DNA of 64,000 nt from Candidatus Eiseniibacteriota bacterium (GTDB taxonomy: Bacteria; Eisenbacteria; RBG-16-71-46): the NCBI GenBank assembly GCA_963725865.1, contig CAVSAC010000012.1, forward strand, positions 608,001 through 672,000. Reading direction: 5' to 3'. The notes beneath the pieces are model-generated. The model had not been told where the DNA came from. It ran no database searches and was given only the letters and a program-made list of their open reading frames with translations. Positions within the stretch are counted from its first letter, which is position 1, and every line of letters begins with the position of its first letter. Position numbers and translations under genes: made by a program. Shown here piece after piece: positions 54,449 through 64,000 of this stretch.

Positions 54449-56629
54449 ATGAACGTCCGACTCGAATCGTTCAAGTACGACGACGCGATCGTGCGCAAGT
54501 TCATGACCGCGACCTTCGTCTGGGGATTCGTGGGCATGCTGGTCGGCCTCCTCATCGCGCTGCAGCTCGCGGTGCCGAGCCTCAACCTGCCCCCGTTCCT
54601 GACCTTCGGCCGGCTGCGACCGCTGCACACGAACGCGGTCATCTTCGCGTTCGCGGGCAACGCGATCTTCTGCGGGATCTACTACTCGAGCCAGCGCCTG
54701 CTCAAGGCGCGGATGTTCTCGGACCTGCTGAGCCAGCTGCACTTCTGGGGCTGGCAGCTCATCATCGTGAGCGCGGCGCTCACGCTGCCGCTCGGATTCA
54801 CGCAGGCCAAGGAATACGCCGAACTGGAGTGGCCGATCGACATCGCGATCGCCGTCGTGTGGGTGATCTTCGCCGTGAACTTCTTCGGCACGATCGCGCG
54901 GCGGCGCGAGCGCCACCTGTACGTGGCGATCTGGTTCTACATCGCGAGCATCCTCACGGTCGCGATCCTGCACATCTTCAACAACCTCGCGGTGCCGGCG
55001 GCGGCGTTCAAGAGCTACCCGATCTACGCGGGGGTGCAGGACGCGTTCATGCAGTGGTGGTACGGCCACAACGCGGTGGCGTTCTTCCTCACCACCCCGT
55101 TCCTCGGGCTCATGTACTACTTCATGCCCAAGGCCGCCGAGCGACCGGTGTTCTCGTACCGCCTCTCGATCCTCCACTTCTGGTCGCTGGTGTTCATCTA
55201 CATCTGGGCGGGCCCCCACCACCTGCACTACACGGCGCTGCCGGAGTGGGCCTCGACGCTCGGCATGCTGTTCTCGGTGATGCTGTGGATGCCGTCGTGG
55301 GGCGGCGGTGTGAACGGCCTGCTGACGCTGCGTGGCGCGTGGCACAAGGTGGTCGAGGACCCGATCCTGAAGTTCTTCGTGGTCGCGGTGACCGCCTACA
55401 TGATGGCCACGTTCGAGGGCCCGATGCTCTCGATCAAGAGCGTCAACGCGCTCGCCCACTACACGGACTGGATCATCGCGCACGTCCACACGGGCGCCCT
55501 GGGCTGGAACGGCTTCCTCACGTTCGGGATGATCTACTGGCTGCTGCCGCGGTTGTTCCAGACCCCGCTCCACAGCCGGAAGCTCGCGGAGGTGCACTTC
55601 TGGTTCGCGCTGTTCGGGATCATCCTCTACGCGGCGGCGATCTACAGCGCGGGGCTCACCCAGGGGTTGATGTGGCGCGCGTTCGACGAGACCGGACGGC
55701 TCCAGTTCCCGGACTTCATCGAGACCACGGTGCGCCTGATGCCCATGTACTGGGTGCGCGCGCTCGGCGGGACGCTCTACCTGCTGGGCATGGTGCTGTT
55801 CGGCTGGAACATCCTGATGACGTGGAAGGCACGGCCGAAGACGTACGAGGAGCCGGTCCTCCAGGCGCCGCCGCTCGAGCGGGGCGTGCGTGCGCCGGCC
55901 GCGCCGGGCGGCTTGCTCGGGCTCGGATGGCACCGTGCGTGGGAGGGGCTGCCGCTGACGTTCACGATCTGGGTGGCGGTCGCGGTCATCGTGGCGTCGT
56001 TGTTCGAGATCGTGCCCACGTTCCTGATCCGCTCCAACGTGCCGACCATCGCGTCGGTGAAACCGTACACGCCGCTCGAGCTGGCGGGCCGCGACCTGTA
56101 CATCCGCGAGGGCTGCTTCAACTGCCACTCCCAGATGATCCGGCCGCTGCGTCACGAGACGGAGCGCTACGGTGAGTACTCGAAGCCGGGCGAGTCGGTG
56201 TACGACCACCCGTTCCTGTGGGGCTCGCGCCGCATCGGGCCGGACCTCGCGCGCGAGGGCGGGAAGTACAACCACCTGTGGCACGTGCGCCACATGGAGA
56301 ACCCGCGCGCGGTCACGCCAAAGTCGATCATGCCGCCCTACGCGGGAATGCTGACCGCGCACGTGGACTTCGCCGGCATCCAGAAGCGCGTCGACGTGAT
56401 GGCGATGCTGGGCGTGCCCTACGGGGACGCGGTCCAGCACGCGCCCGAGCTGGCACGCGCGCAGGCGAAGCAGATCGCCGACGAGATCGTCGCCCAGGGC
56501 GGGCCCGCGGGGCTCGAGGACAAGGAGATCGTGGCCCTGGTCGCTTACCTGCAGCGGCTCGGCACCGACATCAAGGGGATCGGCGTCGCGCAGGCGCCGC
56601 CACCCGCCGCCGCGGAGGTCGCGCGATGA
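54449..56629 (+). CDS. ccoNO: cbb3-type cytochrome c oxidase, fused subunits I and II
   Basis: GRLRPLHTN, WWYGHNAV, WAGPHHL, AHVH; CcoO part YIREGCFNCH, WGSRRIGPDL, SIMP. Confidence 0.97.
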   Translation: MNVRLESFKYDDAIVRKFMTATFVWGFVGMLVGLLIALQLAVPSLNLPPFLTFGRLRPLHTNAVIFAFAGNAIFCGIYYSSQRLLKARMFSDLLSQLHFWGWQLIIVSAALTLPLGFTQAKEYAELEWPIDIAIAVVWVIFAVNFFGTIARRRERHLYVAIWFYIASILTVAILHIFNNLAVPAAAFKSYPIYAGVQDAFMQWWYGHNAVAFFLTTPFLGLMYYFMPKAAERPVFSYRLSILHFWSLVFIYIWAGPHHLHYTALPEWASTLGMLFSVMLWMPSWGGGVNGLLTLRGAWHKVVEDPILKFFVVAVTAYMMATFEGPMLSIKSVNALAHYTDWIIAHVHTGALGWNGFLTFGMIYWLLPRLFQTPLHSRKLAEVHFWFALFGIILYAAAIYSAGLTQGLMWRAFDETGRLQFPDFIETTVRLMPMYWVRALGGTLYLLGMVLFGWNILMTWKARPKTYEEPVLQAPPLERGVRAPAAPGGLLGLGWHRAWEGLPLTFTIWVAVAVIVASLFEIVPTFLIRSNVPTIASVKPYTPLELAGRDLYIREGCFNCHSQMIRPLRHETERYGEYSKPGESVYDHPFLWGSRRIGPDLAREGGKYNHLWHVRHMENPRAVTPKSIMPPYAGMLTAHVDFAGIQKRVDVMAMLGVPYGDAVQHAPELARAQAKQIADEIVAQGGPAGLEDKEIVALVAYLQRLGTDIKGIGVAQAPPPAAAEVAR

Positions 56630-56823
56630 GCCTCTCCGACCTCATGGGCCACGCCGGACTCTCGCGGTACGCCGAGGTGGGGCTCGTCCTGTTCATGATC
56701 GCGTTCGTCGCCATCGCGGTACGCACGTGCTGGCCCGGCCGCCAGCGCGAGATGGACGCGGCGGCGCGGCTGCCGCTCGACGACGACCTTCCGGGCACGA
56801 CCCGTTCAGGAGCGAACGAATGA
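56626..56823 (+). CDS. ccoQ: cbb3 oxidase subunit CcoQ
   Basis: Single TM; AARLPLDD; position between ccoO and ccoP. Confidence 0.88.
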   Translation: MSLSDLMGHAGLSRYAEVGLVLFMIAFVAIAVRTCWPGRQREMDAAARLPLDDDLPGTTRSGANE

Positions 56824-57431
56824 GCAAGCCGGATCCGAAGCAGGATCATCTCCTCGATCACCAGTACGACGGGATCCAGGAGTACGACAATCCGATGCCC
56901 GCCTGGTGGGTGTGGATCTTCTGGGCCACGATCGTCTTCTCGGTGATCTACGCCGCGAACGTCATCCCCGGCGTCGGCAGCGGCAAGGGGAGGCTCGCGG
57001 CTTATCAGGCCGAGTTGGCGAAGTGGCAGTCGAAGCAGGCCACCGCCGAGGCCGCCGCGCCCCCGGTCGCCGTGCTGGACGACGCCGGCCTGTTCGCGCT
57101 GCGCAGCGACCCCGCGCGGGTCGCGGCCGGCCACCAGATGTTCGTCGAGAAGTGCACGCCCTGCCACCAGTCGGACGGAGGCGGCAACATCGGTCCCAAC
57201 CTGACCGACGACTACTGGATCCACGGCAACGCGCCGACCCAGATCTACACCACGATCGACAAGGGTGTGCTCGACAAGGGCATGATCAACTGGGGCGCGA
57301 CGCTCAAGCCGCAGGAGATGCAATCGCTGGTGGCGTTCGTGCTGACGCTGCACGGAACGAAGCCGGCGACCGCGAAGGAACCGCAGGGCGACAAGTTCGA
57401 GGAGTGGAAGCCGGGAGCGGCGTCCCAATAG
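56820..57431 (+). CDS. ccoP: cbb3 oxidase subunit III, monohaem
   Basis: HQYDGIQEYDNPMPAWW; one CTPCH; GPNLTDDYWIHG. Confidence 0.95.
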   Translation: MSKPDPKQDHLLDHQYDGIQEYDNPMPAWWVWIFWATIVFSVIYAANVIPGVGSGKGRLAAYQAELAKWQSKQATAEAAAPPVAVLDDAGLFALRSDPARVAAGHQMFVEKCTPCHQSDGGGNIGPNLTDDYWIHGNAPTQIYTTIDKGVLDKGMINWGATLKPQEMQSLVAFVLTLHGTKPATAKEPQGDKFEEWKPGAASQ

Positions 57432-57482
57432 GGCGTCGCGCGTCCGGCGGATCGTCACGGCCGAGAAGAGGCTCCCAACGAC

Positions 57483-58958
57483 GTGAGCACCGCACCCGGT
57501 CCGGCAGCGCCCGGACGTGTCCTGTCGACCCTGAACGAGGACGGATCGCGCCGTTGGATCCGTCCCCGGCTCGCCCCCGGGCGCTGGTGGCGCATGCGCC
57601 GCGCCGTGGCGTACGCGCTGGTGGCGGTGTTCATCGCGCTGCCGTACTTGCGCATCGGCGGCAAGCCCTCGATCCTGCTCGATCTGCCGCGCCGCGAGTT
57701 CACGTTTTTCGGCGCCACGTTCCTCGCCACCGACACGCTGCTGTTCATGCTGGGCTTCGTCAGCCTGATCATCCTGCTGTTCGCGTTCACCGCGCTGTTC
57801 GGCCGGGTGTGGTGCGGTTGGGCCTGCCCGCAGACGGTTTACATGGAGTTCCTGTTCCGCCCCATCGAGCAGTGGCTCGAGGGCGGTCGCATCGGCTCCA
57901 TGGACATGGACGAGCAGCGGCGATTGCACCCGCGCCGGCTGCTCAAGTACGCGATCTACGCGGTGCTCTCGATGGGGCTGGCGCACGTGTTCCTGGCCTA
58001 CTTCGTGGGCGTCGATCGGCTCGGCGAGTGGATCCACCGCTCGCCGATCGAGCATCCGACCTCGTTCGCGGTGATGGCGTTCACCAGCCTCGCGATGTTC
58101 CTGGACTTCGCGTGGTTCCGCGAGCAGACGTGCCTGGTCGCCTGCCCCTACGGCCGCCTGCAGTCGGTGCTGCTGGATCGCCGCTCGCTGATCGTCGGCT
58201 ACGATTTCGGCCGCGGCGAGCCGCGCATGCGAGGCAAGCAGGGACGGCCCGCCCACGCCGGGGACTGCATCGACTGCCATCTCTGCGTGATCGCGTGCCC
58301 GACCGGCATCGACATCCGCGAGGGGCTGCAGATGGAGTGCGTCCACTGCACGCAGTGCATGGACGCCTGCGACTCGGTGATGGCGAAGATCGGCAAGCCG
58401 CTGGGGCTGATCCGCTACTCCTCGCGCGACCAGCTCGAGGGCAGGCCCGCGCGCCTGCTGCGCCCGCGCGTGGTGCTGTACCCATTGGCGCTCGCGATCG
58501 CGATCGGCCTGCTGGCGTTCACGCTCGGCAACCGCAGCGATGCCGACGTCACCGTCCTGCGCTCGGGCGGCACGCCCTACACGCTCGGCCACGACGGTAG
58601 CGTGACCAACCTGATCCGCGTCAAGGTCGCCAATCGCGGCAGCCGCGCGCGCGACTTCCGCGTGGCGCTCGCGGGCGCCCCCGACCTCAAGCTGGTGATG
58701 CCGATCCCGACGCTCGCGGTGCCGCCCGGCAAGTCGGCGACCGCGGTGGTGTTCGTGGTGGCTCCGCGCGGCGCGATCGCGTCGGGCACCCGCGACATCG
58801 CGGTGCAGGTCACCGACGGCGCGCGCTTCGACCAGGTGTTCCCCTATCGGCTGATCGGGCCGGAGCCGGGGGATTCGCACGACGAGCACGAGCAGCGCGA
58901 CGAGCACGAGCCGCACGATCCGCCCGATCGATCCACGCCGGGGGGCGGACACCGATGA
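57483..58958 (+). CDS. ccoG: Cytochrome c oxidase accessory ferredoxin CcoG/FixG
   Basis: GRVWCGWACPQT, CPYGR, CIDCHLCVIACP, CVHCTQCMDAC. Confidence 0.96.
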   Translation: MSTAPGPAAPGRVLSTLNEDGSRRWIRPRLAPGRWWRMRRAVAYALVAVFIALPYLRIGGKPSILLDLPRREFTFFGATFLATDTLLFMLGFVSLIILLFAFTALFGRVWCGWACPQTVYMEFLFRPIEQWLEGGRIGSMDMDEQRRLHPRRLLKYAIYAVLSMGLAHVFLAYFVGVDRLGEWIHRSPIEHPTSFAVMAFTSLAMFLDFAWFREQTCLVACPYGRLQSVLLDRRSLIVGYDFGRGEPRMRGKQGRPAHAGDCIDCHLCVIACPTGIDIREGLQMECVHCTQCMDACDSVMAKIGKPLGLIRYSSRDQLEGRPARLLRPRVVLYPLALAIAIGLLAFTLGNRSDADVTVLRSGGTPYTLGHDGSVTNLIRVKVANRGSRARDFRVALAGAPDLKLVMPIPTLAVPPGKSATAVVFVVAPRGAIASGTRDIAVQVTDGARFDQVFPYRLIGPEPGDSHDEHEQRDEHEPHDPPDRSTPGGGHR

Positions 58959-59443
58959 CTCCCGCGAAGCTGTGGCCGGCGGCGGTGATCGCGGTGCTGG
59001 CGCTGACCGTGGTCGCGAACGCGTTCCTGCTCTACGAGGCGCACGACCGGGACGCCGCGGTGGTGGAACCCGACTACTACCGCAAGGCGGTCGGCTTCGA
59101 CTCGACCCTGGCCGATCGGCGGCGCAGCGACGCGCTCGGCTGGCACGTCGCGGTCGAGCTGGGGACGCCGGACGCCGACGGGAACGCCGCGCTGCACGTG
59201 AGCCTCACCGACCGCGACGGGGCGCCGCTGGCGGGCGCCGAGGTCCGCGCCACCGCGATCCACAACCGGCTCGCCGCGCACGCGGTCACCGCCACGCTCG
59301 CGCCGGTGATGGGCGACGGCTACGCGACCCGGCTGCCGCTGCGGCTGCGTGGGCTCTGGCAGCTCGATCTCGCGATCCGCCGCGGCGCCGACCGGTTCGT
59401 GACGACGCTGCGTTGCGACACCGGCTCGCGGGCGGCGAGATGA
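58955..59443 (+). CDS. ccoH: FixH/CcoH family protein
   Basis: WP + TM; VEPDYY; LGW; GLWQL; operon context. Confidence 0.85.
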   Translation: MTPAKLWPAAVIAVLALTVVANAFLLYEAHDRDAAVVEPDYYRKAVGFDSTLADRRRSDALGWHVAVELGTPDADGNAALHVSLTDRDGAPLAGAEVRATAIHNRLAAHAVTATLAPVMGDGYATRLPLRLRGLWQLDLAIRRGADRFVTTLRCDTGSRAAR

Positions 59444-60351
59444 TCGCGCTGGTGGGGTCGGTCCTGGGCGCCAGCCTGCTGGGCAGTCCGCACTGCGCCG
59501 GCATGTGCGGCGGCTTCGTGGTGTTCTACGCGGGGCAGGAGAGTGGCTCGCGGCGCCCGTGGCCGCACCTGGCGTACAACGGTGGCCGCCTGCTCTCGTA
59601 CGTCGCGCTGGGTGCGGTCGCGGGCGCGCTCGGCGCGGGCGTGGATCGCATCGGCGCGGCGGCCGGTATCGGGCGCGCGGCCGCGATCCTCGCCGGCCTG
59701 CTCATGGTGACGTGGGGCGGGCTCACGCTGCTGCGCGCGCTCGGCGTGCGACTGCCCACCACGATCGCGCCGGCGGCACTCCATCGCGCGGTGGCGGGCG
59801 CGATGCGCGCGCTCCACGCGCGTCCGCCCGAGGTGCGCGCGCTGGCGCTCGGACTGCTCTCGACGCTGCTGCCGTGCGGCTGGCTCTACGCGTTCGCCAC
59901 CACCGCCGCGGCCACCGGCGCGGCGGCGACCGGCGCCCTGGTGATGGCCGCGTTCTGGCTCGGCACGCTGCCGGTCATGGCGGGATTCGGATTGCTCGCC
60001 CAGCGCGCGGTGGGCCCGTTGCGCCGGCGGCTGCCCGCGTTCACCGCGGCGGCGCTGGTGGTGGTCGGCCTGCTCACCATGGCGGGCCGCATCCCGACCA
60101 CGTTCGCCGCGCGCGAGCGCGCGCCGCGGCACGGCGCGCACGGCGCGCCCGCGAGTGCGAGCGCGATGGGCGCGGCCGCTGCACGAGGGGCCACCGGCAC
60201 AGCGAGTGATCGCGGTGCCGTCGGCTCAGCGGCCGCGGATTCCCTGGCATCCATCGCCGGCGGCACCGCCGATTGTTGCGCCGCGCCCGCGGCCCGCGCC
60301 GCCGCCGCGCTCGCGCCCGCGGAGTCCGCGGCCGCCGCGAGCCGGCGATGA
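59440..60351 (+). CDS. DsbD_2/TauE-like cco-associated membrane protein
   Basis: SPHCAGMCGG, YNGGRLLSY, LPCGWLY, FWLGTLP. Confidence 0.9.
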   Translation: MIALVGSVLGASLLGSPHCAGMCGGFVVFYAGQESGSRRPWPHLAYNGGRLLSYVALGAVAGALGAGVDRIGAAAGIGRAAAILAGLLMVTWGGLTLLRALGVRLPTTIAPAALHRAVAGAMRALHARPPEVRALALGLLSTLLPCGWLYAFATTAAATGAAATGALVMAAFWLGTLPVMAGFGLLAQRAVGPLRRRLPAFTAAALVVVGLLTMAGRIPTTFAARERAPRHGAHGAPASASAMGAAAARGATGTASDRGAVGSAAADSLASIAGGTADCCAAPAARAAAALAPAESAAAASRR

Positions 60352-62838
60352 GCGCGGCCGGCGCCACCGCGGTCGGCGCCGCCGCCCCGGTCGCCGAAGC
60401 CGTGGTCTGCACGCACTGCGGCCTCGAGGTGCCGAAGGGCCTGGTCGAGCGCGGAGCCGCGCGGCAGTTCTGCTGCGGCGGCTGCCGCACCGCGTTCGCG
60501 ATCATCCACGAGAGCGGGCTCGAGCGGTACTACGACATGGCCGAGCGGCGGCGGGTGCCGGTGCGCGCGAGCGACCGGACGTTCGAGGAGTTCGATCATC
60601 CCTCGTTCCACGAGCGCTACGTGCGGCAGCCGGGCCGACGGGCTGTGCGAGACCGACCTCTACCTCGAGGGCGTGCACTGCGGCTCGTGCGTGTGGCTGG
60701 TGGAGCGCGTGCCGCTCACGCTGCCCGGGATGGCGAGCGCCGAGCTCGACGTGCGCCGCTCGCTCGTGCGGGTGGCGTGGGACGACGGCGCGATCCGGCT
60801 GTCGTCGATCGCGCGCTTCCTCGACACGCTCGGCTACCGGCCGCATCCGTTCCGCGGCGTGAAGGCCGCCGCGATGCGCCGCACCGAGGACCGCGCGATG
60901 CTGCTGCGCATCGGCGTCGCCGGCGCGATCGCGGGCAACGTGATGACCCTGGCGCTCGCGATCTACAGTGGCTGGTTCGGGCACATCGAGCCGGAGTACG
61001 AGCGCTACTTCCGCTGGGTGAGCCTGATCCTGACCAGCGCCGCGATGTGGCCGGCGATGGTGTTCTTCCGCGGCGGGCTCGCGGCACTGCGCACGCGCAC
61101 GCTGCACATGGACCTGCCGATCGCGGTCGCGCTCGCGGCCGGGTTCACGCGCGGCGCGATCAACACCATCACCGACCACGGCCCGATCTACTTCGACGGC
61201 GTCACCACGCTCACGTTCCTGCTGCTGGTGGGCCGCTTCCTGCAGCAGCGCGCCCAGCGCGCTGCGACCGACTCGGCGGAACTGCTCTACGCGCTGTCGC
61301 CGTCGGCGGCGCGGGTGGTGAACGACGCGGGCGAGGTGAAGGAGGTGCCGACCGAGGCGCTGCTGCCCGGCATGACGCTCGACGTGCGGCCCGGCGACAC
61401 GCTGGCGGCGGACGGCACCGTGACCGATGGCGCCTCCGACCTCGACCTGTCGCTGCTCACCGGCGAGACGCGCCCGGCGCTCGCCGCCCCCGGCACCGCC
61501 GTGTGGGCCGGCACGCTCAATCGCACGGCGCCGCTGCGCGTGCGCGTCGAGCAGACCGGCGAGAGCAGCCGCATCGGCCGCATCCTGCGCGACGTCGAGG
61601 CCGGCGCGCTGCGGCGCGCGCCGGTGGTGCGCACCGCCGACTCGCTCGCCGGCGTGTTCGTGGGCGGGGTGCTGGCGCTGGCGGTGGTGACGTTCGCGGT
61701 GTGGATGACGCGCGCTCCCGGCCGCGCGCTCGACAACGCGATCGCGCTGCTGATCGTCACGTGTCCGTGCGCGCTGGCACTCGCCACCCCGCTCGCGGTG
61801 ACCGTCGCGATCGGCCGCGCCGCGCGCGCCGGCGTGCTGGTCAAGGGCGGCGACGCGCTGGAGGCGCTCGCGCGCCCGGGCCAGCTGGTGCTCGACAAGA
61901 CCGGCACCGTCACCGAGGGCCGCCTGACGCTGGCGGCGTGGGAGGGGCCCGACCACGTGCGGGCCTGGGTGCTGGCGCTCGAACGGCACTCGACGCATCC
62001 GCTCGCCGCTGGCTTCCGCGACGCGTGGCCCGGACTCGCGGCGCCCGAAGCGACCGAGGTGGCGAGCACTGCAGGCGGCGGCATCGAGGGCCGCGTGGGC
62101 GGTCGGCACGTGCTGATCGGCTCGCCCGCGTTCGTGCGCGAGCGTGCGAGCGGGGCCGAGGCGTTCGCGGCGCGTATCGACCCGGCGCCTGTGGCGAGCG
62201 CGGCGGGGGCTGTCGCGGTGCGCGCCGGCGCGGCGCTCACCCCGGTGCTGGTCGCGGTCGATGGCCGCGTGGTGGCGCGAGCGGCGTTCGATGATCCGAT
62301 CCGCGCCGACGCGGCGTCGGCGCTTGCCACCCTGCGTTCGCGGGGCTGGCGGCTGTCGCTGCTCTCGGGCGACGATCCGGCGGTGGTGGCGCGGGTGGGG
62401 GAGTCGCTGGGGTTCGCGCCTGCCGACAGCCGCGGCGGCGCCAGCCCCGAGGACAAGCTGCGCGCGATCGAGGCGTACGCGCAGCAGGGTCCGGTGGTGA
62501 TGGTGGGCGACGGCGTCAACGACGCCGCCGCGATCGCGCGCGCCACTGTCGGCGTGGGCGTGCGCGGCGGCGCCGAGGCGTGCCTGGCAGCGGCCGACGT
62601 GTTCCTGGCGCGGGAGGGACTGTCCTCGCTGGTCACGCTGATCGAGGGCGCCGCGCGCGTGATGGGGGTCATCCGCAGGGACATCGTGTTCTCGCTCGCC
62701 TACAATCTCGTCGGCGCGACGCTCGCGATCGCCGGCGTCATCGATCCGCTGATCGCCGCCATCCTGATGCCCGCTTCGTCCCTCACCGTGGTGCTCGCCA
62801 GCTGGCTCGGCCGCACCTTCGAGGCCCCGCGCGCATGA
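60348..62838 (+). pseudogene. ccoI: Cu-transporting P1B ATPase CcoI/FixI with +1 frameshift near 60630 (probably a sequence error)
   Basis: CTHC and FCCGGC in one frame; ADGLCETDLYLEGVHCGSC, TGE, CPC, DKTGT, GDGVND in the next frame. Confidence 0.9.
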
Positions 62839-63032
62839 GCGTGCTGTTCATTGTGCTGCCGGTCGTGCTGGTGGTGGTGCTGGGGGCGGTGATCGCCTAC
62901 GCGTGGGCGGTCCGCCGCGGCCAGTTCGACGACCTCGACACGCCGCCGATCCGCATGCTGCATGACGATGACGGCGTGACCCGGAAGACCACCACGCCCG
63001 AGGAGGATGAGGCGCCACGGCCGGCTGGCTGA
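62835..63032 (+). CDS. ccoS: cbb3 oxidase maturation protein CcoS
   Basis: TM then WAVRRGQFDDLDTP..RML.DD. Confidence 0.95.
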   Translation: MSVLFIVLPVVLVVVLGAVIAYAWAVRRGQFDDLDTPPIRMLHDDDGVTRKTTTPEEDEAPRPAG

Positions 63033-63119
63033 GAGGCCGAGGCCGCTCCACGGGATCCGAACCGCGAGCCTGGCCGACCGCGCTCCGCCCTGTCACGATG
63101 CTGCGCTTGGAGGTGATGC

Positions 63120-63428
63120 ATGTCGACCGATCCGCAGGCCGGGCAGCCGGCCCGCACCCCGCGTCCCTGGGTTGCGACATTAGGATGGATCGCGGCCTGG
63201 GCGTGGGCGATCATCGCGGGCGGCGGCGGCCTGTGGTTGCTCTGGACGAGCGGACCCTGGCGGCTGACGAACGGCTGGTTCGCGCTGGGCTCGGGTCTCG
63301 CGGCCTGTCCGCTGACCGCGTGGCTCCTGAAGCGGTACGCGGGACTGGCGGTCTCCGGTCGCGTCCGGTTCGCCGTCACCCTGCTCATCTGGGTCGCCGG
63401 CAGAATCGCCCGGGCAGTGGGGCTCTGA
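63120..63428 (+). CDS. Small membrane protein of unknown function (about 3 TM)
   Basis: SD GGAGGTG; hydrophobic, Trp-rich. Confidence 0.7.
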   Translation: MSTDPQAGQPARTPRPWVATLGWIAAWAWAIIAGGGGLWLLWTSGPWRLTNGWFALGSGLAACPLTAWLLKRYAGLAVSGRVRFAVTLLIWVAGRIARAVGL

Positions 63429-63481
63429 TCCGCTCTCCGGCTATCGACGCGGCGACGCGGTGCCCCCGGGAGGAGCGACCG

Positions 63482-63577
63482 ATGATCGACGACGACTGGG
63501 TCGGGGAGTTCCCCGACGCCATCACGGTGTGCGACCCCGGAGTCTTCGTCCAGGCGATGAACGCGCGCGCCGGCTGA
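63482..63577 (+). pseudogene. Truncated N-terminal fragment of a PAS-domain protein
   Basis: SD GGAGGAG; WVGEFPDAITVCD...MNARA resembles a PAS start; stops after 31 aa. Confidence 0.5.
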
Positions 63578-63591
63578 ACGCGCACGCGTCC

Positions 63592-63620
63592 TTGTCGCCC
63601 CCGTCCCCCTCGGCTATCGT
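63592..63620 (+). promoter_or_regulatory. Sigma70-type promoter of purA
   Basis: TTGTCG-17 bp-TATCGT, then SD AGGAGG. Confidence 0.6.
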
Positions 63621-63650
63621 GCGGCGGCTTTTTCCGACAGGAGGTCGTGC

Positions 63651-64000
63651 GTGCCGTGCACCGTGGTGGTCGGTGCCCAGTGGGGCGATGAGGGCAAGGG
63701 GAAGATCGTCGACGCGCTGAGTGCCGCGTCCGACGTGGTGGCGCGCTACCAGGGCGGGCCAAACGCCGGGCACAGCATCATCCACTGCGGCGCGACCGTG
63801 GTGCTTCACCTGGTGCCCTCGGGCGTGCTGCATCCGCGGGCGCCGCTGCCTGATCGGCAACGGAGTGGTGGTCGACGTGCAGACGCTGCGCGCCGAGGTG
63901 GAGCAGCTCGAGTCGCTCGGCCTCGACGTGCGCCCGCGCCTCGGCGTGAGCCCGGCCGCGCACGTGATCCTGCCGTATCACCGCGCGGCCGAGGCGGCGG
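63651..64000 (+). CDS. purA: Adenylosuccinate synthetase, 3'-truncated by window edge, with apparent +1 frameshift near 63843
   Basis: [31 protein letters not shown]; then [19 protein letters not shown] in the next frame; absent from the ORF track. Confidence 0.95.
   Translation, partial: MPCTVVVGAQWGDEGKGKIVDALSAASDVVARYQGGPNAGHSIIHCGATVVLHLVPSGVLHPRAPLPDRQRSGGRRADAARRGGAARVARPRRAPAPRREPGRARDPAVSPRGRGG

Noticed and set aside
52886..56440. 1184-aa minus-strand ORF suggesting a giant SerA fusion
   Set aside because: The N-terminal part is the antisense shadow of ccoNO; SerA starts at 54136
60620..63850. Programmed frameshifting or phase variation in ccoI and purA
   Set aside because: No slippery heptamer or long homopolymer; assembly error is more parsimonious

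Overview
High-GC (roughly 70% by eye) bacterial chromosome segment from a diderm. The fused ccoNO, monohaem ccoP, FlgD-Ig-tailed secreted protein and tricorn protease are compatible with an FCB-associated lineage such as Ca. Eisenbacteria; this is inference only. Most of the window is housekeeping: sppA, an EF-G2 paralog, yebC-ruvCAB-queA, acyl-CoA enzymes, metK, proC, apgM, tRNA-Leu(TAG)-tig-clpP-clpX-lon, serA, a full cbb3 oxidase operon and the start of purA. I found no CRISPR array, integrase, transposase or phage gene. The best leads are: (1) a 27-aa hydrophobic peptide gene convergent on mgtC, preceded by a structured leader with mutually exclusive helices and an occluded SD; (2) a sigma54-preceded four-pilin operon ending in a 555-aa PilX/ComZ-like tip pilin; (3) a long rod hairpin between clpX and lon; (4) several apparently leaderless genes; (5) +1 frameshifts in ccoI and purA, probably assembly errors. 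All family calls come from motif recognition, not database searches.
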